Source of the DNA: Bacteroidales bacterium UBA1215
GTDB taxonomy: Bacteria > Bacteroidota > Bacteroidia > Bacteroidales > WCHB1-69
Reading direction: 5' to 3'
Assembly (NCBI GenBank): GCA_002309475.1
Contig: DBXJ01000077.1
Coordinates: forward strand, 3,471 to 63,682
DNA: 60,212 bases
The number at the start of each line of letters is the position of its first letter. The stretch's first letter is position 1. Positions 1 to 7,959 of the stretch are shown in pieces. A program made the translations under genes and the position numbers. The notes beneath the pieces were generated by a model, which saw only the letters and a list, made by a program, of their open reading frames with translations, did no database searches and had not been told where the DNA came from.

Positions 1-218
1 AAATCATTATAAAAAAAAGCCGATTCTTCTTTGTCTGCCAAGATACACAATTGAACATTCTGCTGCTGCTCCTCCAACAATGACAAATAAATAGCTATAG
101 CACTGCCGTTTAAACCTTTCAAATGCAATCTTGACGGATGAGGACTGTTTAGAGCCTCCGATAAGGTTTGAAAAGATGCCAAATGCCGATATGCTTCTAC
201 TAATTGTTTAATCTCCAT
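1..218 (-). CDS. mfd: Transcription-repair coupling factor, N-terminal ~72 codons only (gene runs off the window start)
   Basis: Hand translation of the minus strand from ATG 218-216 gives MEIKQLVEAYRHLASFQTLSEALNSPHPSRLHLKGLNGSAIAIYLSLLEEQQQNVQLCILADKEESAFFYND, open to position 1. The L-KGL-GSA...ILA-D-EE-A-FY-D pattern is the usual Mfd N-terminus. It is absent from the ORF track because it is truncated. It overlaps the stop of the upstream gene by 11 nt. Confidence 0.5.
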   Translation of the reverse strand, partial: MEIKQLVEAYRHLASFQTLSEALNSPHPSRLHLKGLNGSAIAIYLSLLEEQQQNVQLCILADKEESAFFYND

Positions 219-873
219 TTTCTATAATTGTGGAATCATTATAATTAATGATATATTTGAAATTGTTTTCATTGAAAAATGCATCAAATGTCAAACAATT
301 GTATTTCTGACCATCCTCCATCTCTAATATATCCTTTTGCAGCGTGTCATTAAACACATGCCAAAGCATTTCCGTGCAGAAAAATTTGCTGTCATCATCG
401 AAATCAAACGAATTGTCAAAAGGAATTTTTTGCTGCAAAAACCGATTGGCTTTGGCAACTATTTTCCCACCTGCCAAAGTATCTTCACTTATATATCGCA
501 AAACAATAATTGAACCGACATGCCCTTCTCTGACAAATTTTTCCAAAGCATCTTTTTGCATGCCATCCACTTCCACCAAAGAATTGGAAACAGTATGTAT
601 CACCGTCCAAGTTGTATCAGATTCCTGCTGCAAAATTCCGCAATGTGAAACAGGAAATTTCCCTTTGGTATGTTTGGCAATAGCCTCACTGATCATTCCA
701 TAGCCATAGCGAAGAATTACATCTCCATTTTGTAATTGAGCATAGTCTGCGTCTGACAATTGAAAAGTAGCCGGCTTCTCCGTCACGATTTCTTGCTGTT
801 GTCTATTGTGCAAAAAGAACATGACAGAAAACAATATACCTATTATTAATATAAAAGCGACTTTTCGTATCAT
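208..873 (-). CDS. YiiX/YaeF-like permuted papain-fold (NlpC/P60 superfamily) hydrolase, N-terminally membrane anchored
   Basis: 221-aa ORF with a hydrophobic N-terminus. Motifs GDVILRYG...SHCGIL...FDNSFDFDDDSKFFCTEML match the order of the permuted His...Cys YiiX family. Confidence 0.6.
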   Translation of the reverse strand: MIRKVAFILIIGILFSVMFFLHNRQQQEIVTEKPATFQLSDADYAQLQNGDVILRYGYGMISEAIAKHTKGKFPVSHCGILQQESDTTWTVIHTVSNSLVEVDGMQKDALEKFVREGHVGSIIVLRYISEDTLAGGKIVAKANRFLQQKIPFDNSFDFDDDSKFFCTEMLWHVFNDTLQKDILEMEDGQKYNCLTFDAFFNENNFKYIINYNDSTIIENGD

Positions 874-929
874 TTGAAAAAAAAACTGCTTGAATACAAG
901 CAGTTTTTAAATTTTACGGATGTTAAATT

Positions 930-1454
930 TTAGTTTTCTGCCGGTTCATCATCAGAAAAGATACCGTCAATAATATCGTCTGCAAACTCTTTCACAGTTT
1001 CTCCGGCATCTGACTTAGAAGCTTTGCTGCTTGTATTTGCATCTTTATCTTCCGGCATCAACATATCTTCTTTACCAAGGTCAACCAACCATGTTTTATT
1101 TTCCATTTTCAAAGGGATAACTTTTTTAATTTCCTCTTGTTCTGATGTTTCAGGATCGGTTATTTGTATCAAGCAAGAACAAGTTGCATTAGTATCACTT
1201 TCTACTTCACACTCAATATTTTTAACAGCAACGTTAGGAACTACTTCTTGTTGGCTATTTTCCAATGCTTGAGCCATTTTGCGGTAGAAGTCCTTGTTGG
1301 ATTCTGTTACATAGTTCTGTATGTCTGTAAAATTATTTTGATAATAACAAGTGCAATATTTTTCTACTACTGCCTCCGGAGTGTTTTTGTTGCATGAAAC
1401 CAATATCAACGATATGGTTGCTGCTAATACTGATACATATAAGAAATTTTTCAT
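930..1454 (-). CDS. Hypothetical lipoprotein
   Basis: 174-aa ORF with a signal peptide ending in lipobox LVSC, and an acidic C-terminal tail. No family recognised. Confidence 0.6.
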   Translation of the reverse strand: MKNFLYVSVLAATISLILVSCNKNTPEAVVEKYCTCYYQNNFTDIQNYVTESNKDFYRKMAQALENSQQEVVPNVAVKNIECEVESDTNATCSCLIQITDPETSEQEEIKKVIPLKMENKTWLVDLGKEDMLMPEDKDANTSSKASKSDAGETVKEFADDIIDGIFSDDEPAEN

Positions 1455-1471
1455 AGCTACTATTTTTTTTA

Positions 1472-3607
1472 TTACATAACAATTGGTCTATTATCAACTA
1501 CTTTCACCATTTTTCTCAAAGAAGGTGTCAAAGTTTGTTGTACTCTGTTTTGGAACATCATGGATTGTTGTTGACTCATCATGTTGATGGTTTCTGTATC
1601 TGTTTTCACATCTACAGTAGGCACATCCACCTTGTTTACTTTTACAACATAAACTCCCATCTCTCCGCCATAAACTTGGGTAGTTCCTTGTTTTTGACCC
1701 AGCATGCTGCCTATTATTTTGGCTTCCGGACCAAAATGAGATAGATTTCTATCTATGAAAGATACTGTTGTTGCTTCTTTTTCGGTATTATAACTGCTTG
1801 CAATGGCATCTAAGGATTTTCCTGCCTTTACTTGTTTATTCAAAGCTGCTTCCAAGACACTTGATTTTTTATCTCTTTTAGCCATTGTTTCACAATATTG
1901 TTTTACTTGTTCTTGGTCTAAAGGAAGATAGCCTTCCGGATAGATACCTTTTAATGCCACCACTACATAAACTTCTCCTGTTGAAAATACAGTTGACACA
2001 TCACCGAGTTTGGTTTTTTTGTCATAAATCCATTGTATGATATCACGACCGCCATTGGTAACACCCGGCAAAGTATATGTCATAGGTTCAACTCTTTCAA
2101 AACTTCTTTTATCCAAACCATTGGCTTCGGCTTTTTTGTCAAATTCTGAAATAGTTGTCAAGCCGTTCATAAATGTATTGGCACGACTTTCAATATTGTC
2201 GATAGTTTCTTGTGAGGCGGCAATTTCTTTTTTACCGATTGCCACTTGTATTTTTCTTGACGGAGCAGTCACCTCGTTAATTCTGAAAATATAGGTGCCG
2301 CCTATGTTATCATTTTTATATTTTACTATAGAACCCGGTGCCAAGTTGTACAATGTGTCAAAGAAAAATTGACCTTCGGTGCCATCTACCAACCATATTT
2401 TTGCAGAATCGGGTTGACCTTCAACCGGAATGTCTGAATAATTCACACTGGCTTCGTAGAAATTCATACCGCCTTTAACAGCATTGTAGGCCAAATCTAC
2501 GATAGAATCGGCTTCTGCTTTAGTACGGGCTGCCTGTTGTGTACCTTTATCAGCTACAAACATTAAGCTTACGTTGATGGAATCCGGACGATTTTTAGCA
2601 TCCAACAATTTTGCAAATGTCCACATGTTGCCGTCTATATACGGTGCCACCAAAGTGCCGACAGGTGCATTGAACAAAATAGTATCCAAACTCGGTGCCA
2701 ATTCACCTTGTTTGAAATAAGTGCTATCGTAACGAGAATCTATCAATCTGTTTACAAAATCTTGTGGTCTGTCTGTAGTGGAAAATTCGGTAAAAAGTTG
2801 GTTGACTTCGTTTTCTATTGTTTCCAAATCTTCCGGAGATGGTTCTATTCTAAATATTACATATTCTACATCTCTATATTCTTTATCTTGTTTGAAACGA
2901 TATTTGTTAGAATCGTACCAATTTTTGATTTCATCTTGTGTAACGGATATTTTTTCATCACTAACAGACGGATCTGAATAAGAAACTTGTACCACTTCCA
3001 CGTCTGCCTTCAGCAAACTTTCTTCTTGAGCTTTTCTCAACAATGCTTGTGGCATATAGAACGATTTGGATATCAAATTGAAATATTTGTTTACAAGTGT
3101 CTCTCTTTCAATATAGCGTTCCAATTCCATATATTGATTCCGGGCATTTGTATCGTATTGATCCATATTATCCAAGAAATTGTTAGCTAATTGCATATCA
3201 TAGGTGCCATTAGGACTGAAAAATTGTTGAGCATAGCGGTGAGGATTAGCACCTGCCACCAAATCTCTTAATTCTTCTGCTGTAACCGATATTCCCAAAG
3301 CATTAGATTCTCTTGCCAACAATAATGAATCAACCATTGTTTCAAACACTTGATTGCCGACTTCAAAATCTTCTTCAGAGGAAAGATTTCTGTCTTCTCT
3401 TATTTTTATCAAATCTCTATAAGCATTGTAATCGTGCATATATTGATTGTAAGATATTTTATCTTTTCCTACCTGGATAAATTTGTCTTGCAATTTAGCG
3501 TTTCCCTGATTTTTACCTAAATCGCCCAAAATGAAAGCCAACATAGCCACACCCACTATTACTATAAGAATGACGGAATGCTTTCTAATAGAACCAATTG
3601 CTGCCAT
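1472..3607 (-). CDS. ppiD: PpiD-like periplasmic chaperone / peptidyl-prolyl isomerase (SurA N-terminal domain protein)
   Basis: 711 aa with a single N-terminal TM helix (VILIVIVGVAMLAFILGDL) followed by a long soluble region, the typical length and architecture of Bacteroidota PpiD. Confidence 0.7.
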   Translation of the reverse strand: MAAIGSIRKHSVILIVIVGVAMLAFILGDLGKNQGNAKLQDKFIQVGKDKISYNQYMHDYNAYRDLIKIREDRNLSSEEDFEVGNQVFETMVDSLLLARESNALGISVTAEELRDLVAGANPHRYAQQFFSPNGTYDMQLANNFLDNMDQYDTNARNQYMELERYIERETLVNKYFNLISKSFYMPQALLRKAQEESLLKADVEVVQVSYSDPSVSDEKISVTQDEIKNWYDSNKYRFKQDKEYRDVEYVIFRIEPSPEDLETIENEVNQLFTEFSTTDRPQDFVNRLIDSRYDSTYFKQGELAPSLDTILFNAPVGTLVAPYIDGNMWTFAKLLDAKNRPDSINVSLMFVADKGTQQAARTKAEADSIVDLAYNAVKGGMNFYEASVNYSDIPVEGQPDSAKIWLVDGTEGQFFFDTLYNLAPGSIVKYKNDNIGGTYIFRINEVTAPSRKIQVAIGKKEIAASQETIDNIESRANTFMNGLTTISEFDKKAEANGLDKRSFERVEPMTYTLPGVTNGGRDIIQWIYDKKTKLGDVSTVFSTGEVYVVVALKGIYPEGYLPLDQEQVKQYCETMAKRDKKSSVLEAALNKQVKAGKSLDAIASSYNTEKEATTVSFIDRNLSHFGPEAKIIGSMLGQKQGTTQVYGGEMGVYVVKVNKVDVPTVDVKTDTETINMMSQQQSMMFQNRVQQTLTPSLRKMVKVVDNRPIVM

Positions 3608-3653
3608 AATTTTTCTTCTCTTGTTTAATCTGATTTTACATTAAAATAATTTG

Positions 3654-3661
3654 CAAAATTA
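3654..3661 (-). promoter_or_regulatory. Bacteroidota -7 box (TAatTTTG on minus strand) for ppiD
   Basis: The plus strand reads caaaatta, whose reverse complement taattttg matches the TAnnTTTG consensus. It lies ~45 nt upstream of the ppiD ATG. Confidence 0.4.
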
Positions 3662-3871
3662 CCAAAAAAATCAATATGCTTTTCAATTTATACCTATTTT
3701 TTTTCATTTTACTCATAACAGAGAGATTTCTTTTGGCAAATTTTGAGTGATTTTCCTTTTAAAAATATTTTTAGCCGGCTATTTTTTTGTTTTTAAAATA
3801 TTGATTGTTAAATGATAGAAAAAATTTGAGAAAAAAGTTGATTTTTTTTTTATTTGAACGTTTATTTTTTT

Positions 3872-3879
3872 TACATTTG
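3872..3879 (+). promoter_or_regulatory. Bacteroidota -7 box (TAcaTTTG) for the tdh-like gene
   Basis: tacatttg followed by ca, ~30 nt upstream of ATG 3910. Confidence 0.45.
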
Positions 3880-3909
3880 CAAAAAATTTTTTCTAAAGCA
3901 AAATAAGAC

Positions 3910-4869
3910 ATGAATAAAATATTAATTGTAGGATCCGGTGGACAAATCGGAACAGAATTGGTAAAAAAATTGCGTGCTACATACGGAAATTCCAACGTAG
4001 TTGCCAGCGACCTTCGTCAATTGAGCGGTGAAATAGTAGAACAAGGTCCCTTTGAAAGAATTGACTCCACTCAAATCACCCAAATTATCGAAGTAGTAAA
4101 AAAATACGAAATTGACACCATTTACAATTTAGCCGCCATACTTTCTGCCACGGCAGAAAAGAATCCCATGTTGGGATGGAATGTCGGCATCGGCAGTTTG
4201 GTTAATTGTTTGGAGGTGGCTCGCATTTACAATTGTGCCGTATTTACGCCATCATCTATCGGAGCATTCGGTCCCAGCACACCACACAATCTCACCCCGC
4301 AAGACACCATACAACGTCCTAACACCATTTACGGCGTTACCAAAGTAACGGGAGAATTGTTAAGCGACTATTATTTTACCCGCTTTGGCGTGGACACCCG
4401 TTCAGTGCGTTTTCCGGGTTTAATTTCCAATCTTACCTTGCCCGGCGGTGGCACTACCGACTATGCAGTAGAAATATATTATGCTGCCGTAAAAGGTGAA
4501 ACATTTGTTTGCCCCTTGGAAAAAGGCACCTATATGGACATGATGTATATGCCCGATGCTTTGGATGCAATGGTGGATATTATGGAAGCCGATCCTTCCA
4601 AACTGATACACCGTAATTCCTTCAATGTTACGGCTATGAGTTTCGATCCTGAAATTATTTATCAAGCCATCAGGAAATACATACCCGATTTTAAAATGGT
4701 TTACCAACCCGAACCTATCAAGCAAGCTATTGCCAACAGTTGGCCGGACAAAATGGACGACTCTTGTGCCCGCAACGAATGGGGATGGAACCCTAAATAC
4801 GACTTGGACAAAATGACAATCGATATGCTTGAAACCCTTAAAGCAAAACACGCTAAAGGACTTATATAA
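3910..4869 (+). CDS. tdh: NAD-dependent epimerase/dehydratase-fold L-threonine 3-dehydrogenase (SDR type)
   Basis: 319 aa. N-terminal Rossmann motif ILIVGSGGQIGTEL and C-terminal SWPDKMDDSCARNEWGWNPKYDLDKMTIDML, characteristic of SDR-type threonine dehydrogenases. Confidence 0.65.
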   Translation: MNKILIVGSGGQIGTELVKKLRATYGNSNVVASDLRQLSGEIVEQGPFERIDSTQITQIIEVVKKYEIDTIYNLAAILSATAEKNPMLGWNVGIGSLVNCLEVARIYNCAVFTPSSIGAFGPSTPHNLTPQDTIQRPNTIYGVTKVTGELLSDYYFTRFGVDTRSVRFPGLISNLTLPGGGTTDYAVEIYYAAVKGETFVCPLEKGTYMDMMYMPDALDAMVDIMEADPSKLIHRNSFNVTAMSFDPEIIYQAIRKYIPDFKMVYQPEPIKQAIANSWPDKMDDSCARNEWGWNPKYDLDKMTIDMLETLKAKHAKGLI

Positions 4870-4890
4870 AAACATATTATATTGACCATA

Positions 4891-4922
4891 AAAAAATGTC
4901 GCTGTATAGCGACATTTTTTTT
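4891..4922 (+). terminator. Rho-independent terminator of the tdh-like gene
   Basis: aaaaaATGTCGCtgtataGCGACATtttttttt: a 7-bp stem (4896-4902 / 4909-4915) followed by a T-run. Confidence 0.7.
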
Positions 4923-4924
4923 AT

Positions 4925-5032
4925 TTTTTTCCTAATGCGGTTGGATGGGTGATATAATTTCGTGTTTTGTATAAAAAAAATACATCTCTACTATCTATAT
5001 TAAATGTCAATACAATGGATAAAACGACATTC
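4925..5032. repeat. Direct repeat R1, copy a (108 nt)
   Basis: ttttttcctaatgcggttggatgggtgatataatttcgtgttttgtataaaa...caatggataaaacgacattc recurs at 5513-5618 with one substitution and a 2-nt shorter A-run. Confidence 0.9.
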
Positions 5033-5085
5033 CTTTTTCGGCATTCAATGAAAAAACGTGAAGAAAAATGACGGAATAAAGCGTT

Positions 5086-5132
5086 AAAAAGTCTGTGCTG
5101 TTTGAGCATGCCACTCAACAGACGTTTTTTTT
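5086..5132. terminator. Imperfect hairpin flanked by an A-run and a T8 run (bidirectional terminator candidate)
   Basis: aaaaaGTCTGTgcTGTTTGAGcatgccaCTCAACAGACgtttttttt. It sits 22 nt downstream of the stop of the minus-strand mini-ORF 5155-5313. Confidence 0.5.
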
Positions 5133-5154
5133 AAGTAAAAATTCTATTTACAAT

Positions 5155-5313
5155 TCAATACGATATAAATTGTTTACCCTGCGAGTTTACAGACTTTAGC
5201 GGTATGCAGTTATTTTTTAGTTTTTTCATTGCTGCCTTGTACTTTTCTTTTGCTTCTTTTCTTTTGTTACAAGACAAAAGGAAAAGAAGATAACACACTA
5301 TCAAGTAGTGCAT
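5155..5313 (-). CDS. Candidate 52-aa lysine-rich mini-lipoprotein
   Basis: An internal Met of the 86-aa track ORF gives MHYLIVCYLLFLLSC|NKRKEAKEKYKAAMKKLKNNCIPLKSVNSQGKQFISY, a signal peptide plus lipobox LLSC. A terminator hairpin follows. A decayed second copy of the signal-peptide coding part lies at 5626-5673. Confidence 0.25.
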   Translation of the reverse strand: MHYLIVCYLLFLLSCNKRKEAKEKYKAAMKKLKNNCIPLKSVNSQGKQFISY

Positions 5314-5512
5314 GAAGAGATTGATTTTTTTCAACTTTCTTTTCCTCCCATGAAAAGAAAGTAGCAAAGAAAAATCACCGCCAAAGTAAAAAATCGGAAA
5401 ATGAACTGATTTCACTAAAACACAAAACTCCTCCTTTTACAGCCACTGGCTGTAACGTTCGTCAAACAACTTGTGTTTCTTAACGCTACAATCACTCCAT
5501 TTTCTTTTTCGA

Positions 5513-5618
5513 TTTTTTCCTAATGCGGTTGGATGGGTGATATAATTTCGTGTTTTGTATAAAAAATACATCTCTACTATCTATATTAAATGTCAATACA
5601 ATGGATTAAACGACATTC
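5513..5618. repeat. Direct repeat R1, copy b (106 nt)
   Basis: Near-identical to 4925-5032 (see R1 copy a). Confidence 0.9.
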
Positions 5619-5625
5619 TATTTTT

Positions 5626-5673
5626 CTTTTGTTTCAAGACAAAAGCAAAAGAAGATAACGCACTATCAAGTAG
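5626..5673 (-). pseudogene. Decayed copy of the mini-lipoprotein signal-peptide region
   Basis: The minus strand reads (V R) Y L I V R Y L L L L L S * N K, against M H Y L I V C Y L L F L L S C N K in the 5261-5313 copy. The start codon is lost and the lipobox Cys codon TGT has become TGA. Confidence 0.55.
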
Positions 5674-5675
5674 CG

Positions 5676-5744
5676 TACCTTCGGCACGCAAGACGTATGG
5701 ATTGATTCTTTTTTACTCCACACTGCGACCTTCGGTCTTGTATG
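5676..5744. repeat. Direct repeat R2, copy a (~69 nt)
   Basis: taccttcggcacgcaagacgtatggattgattcttttttactccacactgcgaccttcggtcttgtatg, versus 5962-6029 tacctccggcacgcgaaacggaaggattgattctttttactccacactgcgacccttggtcttgtatg. Confidence 0.85.
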
Positions 5745-5961
5745 TAGCTAATAAAATAACATGCCTTCAGCATGTAAGATGTAAGGATTTATTCTTTTTA
5801 CATCACCAACATCAAACGTGCAGTATGCACGTTATATTAATAACTCCATATAAGCGTCAGCGTAAGATGGAGTGAATACATCATCCTATTCACATAGCGT
5901 GTCGAAGACACGCCACATTCATTATTGAAAATTAGTGTTCGTATATGGTCAAATAGTAGTA

Positions 5962-6029
5962 TACCTCCGGCACGCGAAACGGAAGGATTGATTCTTTTTA
6001 CTCCACACTGCGACCCTTGGTCTTGTATG
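5962..6029. repeat. Direct repeat R2, copy b
   Basis: See R2 copy a. By eye roughly 85 percent identical, with one 1-nt indel in the T-run. Confidence 0.85.
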
Positions 6030-6062
6030 GAGTTTATAAAATAGCCTGCCTTTGGCAAAATT

Positions 6063-7211
6063 TTAATTATATTTACTTTTTTTGCTGCCGCTATAAATAT
6101 CAAACAAATAGAAACAGCATTCCAATTCTGCATTGTAAACAACAAATTTTTGTGAGGCATGCAGACCGAATTGTTTCATGGCTTGTTTGTTGGGAGTGAT
6201 GATGCCCGCCTTGCAACCGGTATAATGTTTCTTTAAGGTATCACCGATAGATTGATAAAAAGAATTGATTTCTTCTATTTTCAATCGCTCCCCGTAAGGA
6301 GGATTGCTGATAACAAAGGCAGGAGTTTGTTCCGGACGAGTGTCTTCAAAGGCTTCCAATGACAAAACAATAATGTCATCCAAGCGAAGCTGCTCTACAT
6401 TTTCCCGACACGATTTTACATACCTGCCATTTATGTCGCTGCCATAGATTTTATAATTCCATTCTTCATGCATGGCATCGTCCAATTGGTTGCGGACTTG
6501 CTGCCAAAGTGCTTCATCAAAATTTTTCCATGTCATAAAGCCATAGCCTTCCGTGCGATAATATCCTGACGGCATATTCAGTGCCTTCATGGCAGCTTCT
6601 ATCAAAATAGTTCCCGAGCCACACATAAAATCCACCAGATTGCAGTCGCACTGCCAACCGCTCAATGCTATCAATCCTGCCGCCAACACTTCGTTTAATG
6701 CCGCATTGTGGCGAGTGGTTTTATAGCCGCGACGATGCAACGAGATGCCTGAAGTATCCAAAGAAACGGTGGCTTTGTTTCTATAAATATGCACATCTAT
6801 TGTTACATCCGGATTGTCTTTGTCAACATCGGGACGGCAATTGTAAAGATAGCGAAAACGATCACAAATGGCATCTTTTGTCAACAAACTGGTGTATTGT
6901 GAATTGCTAAAAATGGACTCGCGAATAACTGAATGAACACAAAAAGAACCCTCTTTGTCTAAATAATCCTCAAAATGTATGTCAAACACACTCCGATAGA
7001 ATTGTTCATTGGTGGCGAATTCAAATTCTGCAAGAGGCATCACTATTCTTAGGATTGTTCTGCAATAATAGTTGGCTTTGTAGAGCAATTCCATATCTCC
7101 GCTAAAGCTGACGGAACGCTTGATAACTTGTATATCATTCCCTCCTATTTGTGCCAACTCCGCGGCTGTTGCCTGCTCCAATCCGGCAAATGTTTTGGCA
7201 ATAAACTTCAT
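6063..7211 (-). CDS. THUMP-domain class I SAM-dependent RNA methyltransferase (RlmL/RlmK N-terminal-type, UPF0020)
   Basis: 382 aa. N-terminal THUMP-like region (AKTFAGLE...ELAQIGG), then DFMCGSGTILIEAA (SAM motif I) and NPPYGERL (motif IV). Confidence 0.75.
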   Translation of the reverse strand: MKFIAKTFAGLEQATAAELAQIGGNDIQVIKRSVSFSGDMELLYKANYYCRTILRIVMPLAEFEFATNEQFYRSVFDIHFEDYLDKEGSFCVHSVIRESIFSNSQYTSLLTKDAICDRFRYLYNCRPDVDKDNPDVTIDVHIYRNKATVSLDTSGISLHRRGYKTTRHNAALNEVLAAGLIALSGWQCDCNLVDFMCGSGTILIEAAMKALNMPSGYYRTEGYGFMTWKNFDEALWQQVRNQLDDAMHEEWNYKIYGSDINGRYVKSCRENVEQLRLDDIIVLSLEAFEDTRPEQTPAFVISNPPYGERLKIEEINSFYQSIGDTLKKHYTGCKAGIITPNKQAMKQFGLHASQKFVVYNAELECCFYLFDIYSGSKKSKYN

Positions 7212-7248
7212 ATTGCTTTATTTTGATTGTAATATTAAAACATTTTTT

Positions 7249-7926
7249 CTATTTTTTCTCCACCGGCAACACACATACCTTTTCCAATTTCGGAGATGCC
7301 GACATATCTTGCGGGTTGGTACCGTTCAGACCTTGCGGCACCGGCATTCCCAAAATTGCGAACAACTGTTCCCAATAAACCGGCATATTGCCGTCTGCAT
7401 CTTTAAAATTCATAGGATGGGAGGCAAATATCGGGCAGCCATGCATATCCAAATAACTTTTCTGCACCAATTCGGAACAATAAAGGGAATCGTTGTCTGG
7501 CAAAAAAGCATAGTCATAGGATTTACCGACAAAACTTTTCGCCTTTTCCACGGCTGCCTGAGCCTGTTGCGAAGTGATATTTTTCACTCTCCTGACATCC
7601 AACAAAGGCAGGGAACCGTCTTTGAGGGTAAAATCTGCCAAAAATGTATCCAAAGGATGTCTGTCCACGCCATGCTTAACAGTGGCGTCTATCACCCATG
7701 TTTGCCCGTCTTCCACTTCCAAAATTGCCACGTGAATATAGTTGATTTGATTGCTGTCGCCTGTGGCTGACACAATGGCATTATCCATTGACGAAGCTTC
7801 CAAACTATAATCTACCGGAATGCCTACAAACAGCAAATCTCCGCTTTGTACGCGTGGCTGACCGCAACCTGCCAACAAGATTAAAACGGCTAAAACTAAA
7901 AATTTCACTATTTTTGGGATATTCAT
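7249..7926 (-). CDS. YiiX-family permuted papain-like lipoprotein
   Basis: 225 aa. Lipobox LLAGC, GDLLFVG, YIHVAIL and YDYAFLPDNDSLYCSELV, the classical YiiX Cys motif. It is a paralogue of 208-873. Confidence 0.7.
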   Translation of the reverse strand: MNIPKIVKFLVLAVLILLAGCGQPRVQSGDLLFVGIPVDYSLEASSMDNAIVSATGDSNQINYIHVAILEVEDGQTWVIDATVKHGVDRHPLDTFLADFTLKDGSLPLLDVRRVKNITSQQAQAAVEKAKSFVGKSYDYAFLPDNDSLYCSELVQKSYLDMHGCPIFASHPMNFKDADGNMPVYWEQLFAILGMPVPQGLNGTNPQDMSASPKLEKVCVLPVEKK

Positions 7927-7946
7927 TTTATCGAATTTTTGAAATG

Positions 7947-7954
7947 CAAAGGTA
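7947..7954 (-). promoter_or_regulatory. -7 box (TAccTTTG, minus strand) for 7249-7926
   Basis: Plus strand caaaggta, ~20 nt upstream of ATG 7926. Confidence 0.45.
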
Positions 7955-7959
7955 ACATA

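Noticed and set aside
344-703. Track ORFs lying antisense to or embedded in long, well-supported genes. Examples are 344-703, 7120-7770, 4420-4875, 9463-9864, 11533-12039, 22418-22879, 38959-39441, 40096-40524, 44745-45209, 58869-59564 and 59772-60161.
   Set aside because: Each is fully contained in the opposite strand or another frame of a gene with clear family motifs. Their translations are Cys/His/Phe-rich and low in information, as expected of shadow ORFs. None has its own -7 box or terminator.
3771-3995. 74-aa minus-strand ORF spanning the ppiD/tdh divergent promoter region.
   Set aside because: It is a low-complexity Lys/Phe/Asn translation of AT-rich promoter DNA that overlaps the tdh start. 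It has no supporting signals.
4925-6029. Possibility that the direct repeats form a CRISPR array.
   Set aside because: There are only two copies of each repeat family, with lengths of 48-108 nt and irregular spacing. There is no short palindromic repeat unit and no cas gene in the window.
5555-6160. Track ORFs 5555-5875 (+, 106 aa) and 5837-6160 (-, 107 aa) in the repeat-rich spacer; also 4921-5118 (-, 65 aa).
   Set aside because: They run straight across the repeat boundaries and the hairpins. The 107-aa ORF overlaps the 3' end of the methyltransferase gene. None has a start context or a recognisable protein pattern.
208-7926. Two YiiX-like permuted papain genes (208-873 and 7249-7926) within 8 kb, considered as a possible functional cluster.
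   Set aside because: They are separated by unrelated housekeeping genes on mixed strands and share only the family motifs. They are more likely independent paralogues than a system.
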